DNA of 64,000 nt from Chrysomallon squamiferum (taxonomy: Eukaryota; Animalia; Mollusca). The stretch lies in contig CM022670.1 in assembly GCA_012295275.1 (NCBI GenBank), positions 41,726,001 to 41,790,000 of the forward strand, written 5' to 3'. The translations under genes were made by a program, and so were the position numbers. Under the pieces are notes generated by a model. The model did not search any database. It had not been told where the DNA came from and saw only the letters and a program-made list of their open reading frames with translations. Positions 62,895-64,000 of this stretch are shown piece after piece (the stretch's first letter is position 1; each line of letters begins with the position of its first letter).

Positions 62895-63750
62895 TCAGTT
62901 TTCCTTCTGCGCACTGTGAAGTTTGGCGTCTTCCTTGGCTTTGGGAATGAGACGTTCAAACATGACCCTGCACATTGCTTCAATGTCGTACTTGTGATTC
63001 CAGCCCCAGTCGCGTCGTGCATTCTCGTCATCCAGAGCCTGGGGCCAAGAATCAGCTACAAACAATAACAATAACAATAACAATAATAAACACTACTGCT
63101 ACAGTGAACATAATAATTATAAAATAAATGTAGCTGATTTCTTTTTTAAATGCTATTATAAAGTTAAATAATTTCTCTGAACCACTGAACTGCATTTACA
63201 TACAAAATTAATATCATAATCTGTGGAATATGAATAAATAAGTAAAATAAAATGAAGCAAAAACACTAAAAAATTAAATACAGCAACAACAATAAAATAA
63301 TACTGCCTTCATACCTTTTTGGATTAAAGGTTATAACTGTTTAGGTCTAACTGTACATATTTAATATTTAGCATATTAAATATGTACAGTTAGACCTAAA
63401 CAGTTATAACCTTTAATCCAAAAAGGTATGAAGGCAGTAAAGTGAAGTATTCGACACAACAAAGTGTTTGTGAAAAGACTCACCGATGGCCTGTCGTTCG
63501 TCTGGTACGTACGTCACTTGTAGCTGTGGAACGTATTTGCGTACTTCGTGTGCGAGTTCCTCTGGAGTGAAGCTCATAGCAGTGACGTTGTACGTCCTCA
63601 TCGTCAGATCCTCAGTGGGGACCTCGAGGAAGTCCACCGTGGCCTGCAGAGTGTCAGCGATGTACATCATCGGCATCCTCGTGTCTGGAGCCAGGTAACA
63701 ACGGTGGTGACCAGTGGTGAGTGCATCGTGGAAAATCTGAACAGCATAGT
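62895..63750 (-). CDS. TDH: L-threonine 3-dehydrogenase (mitochondrial SDR type), last two exons
   Basis: Exons 63750-63484 and 63055-62895: DYAVQIFHDA...DTRMPMMYIAD...RTYNVTAMSFTPEELA...RQAIADSWPQALDD..ARRDWGW.H.YD; gene continues beyond the window. Confidence 0.95.
63301..63439. repeat. Perfect inverted repeat, 67-bp arms with 5-nt loop, in the last TDH intron
   Basis: 63301-63367 is the exact reverse complement of 63373-63439; loop ttagc. Confidence 0.95.
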
Positions 63751-63931
63751 CTGTTAAATAAATAACAGTTACCATAGCAACAACAATTTAAATAATAATA
63801 ATAATAATAATAAAAATAGAATAGATTAATAATAGTAACGATAATAACACAATTAATAATTTAATTCAGTAAGACAATAAATAATAAAATTATAAATTAT
63901 AAAAGTAATAAAAACAATGTATTTTTCCTAA

Positions 63932-63962
<31 letters not shown>

Positions 63963-64000
63963 TTAATAAATTATAAAAATGATAAAAACATACTTCTCAT

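Overview
AT-rich, intron-containing, microsatellite-rich animal DNA (mollusc/cephalopod-like by general character; not provable here). No prokaryotic features or CRISPR. The left ~28 kb holds a cluster of four paralogous genes plus one pseudogene fragment. They encode small, apparently secreted proteins built from a ~103-aa six-cysteine Ig-like domain (C-x20-28-C-x5-C-x9-11-C-x-C-x26-C). Genes 2 and 3 follow the layout signal exon / 21-nt micro-exon / domain A / 21-nt micro-exon / domain B / short terminal exon. Gene 1 matches this but its signal exon was not found, and gene 4 is single-domain. Coding exons of the tandem pair have diverged more than their non-coding flanks. The rest holds conserved genes: MED8 (-) head-to-head with NF-YC (+), ACOT13/THEM2 (-), two U4 snRNA genes (+), a FAM167/LURAP-type gene (-) and the 3' end of L-threonine dehydrogenase (-). 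Also present are decayed LINE, Ginger-type and pogo-like relics, a hAT MITE, several minisatellites (two amplifying NF-YC splice donors) and a perfect 67-bp-arm hairpin. All exon models were read by eye from splice signals and phase, without transcript or database support.
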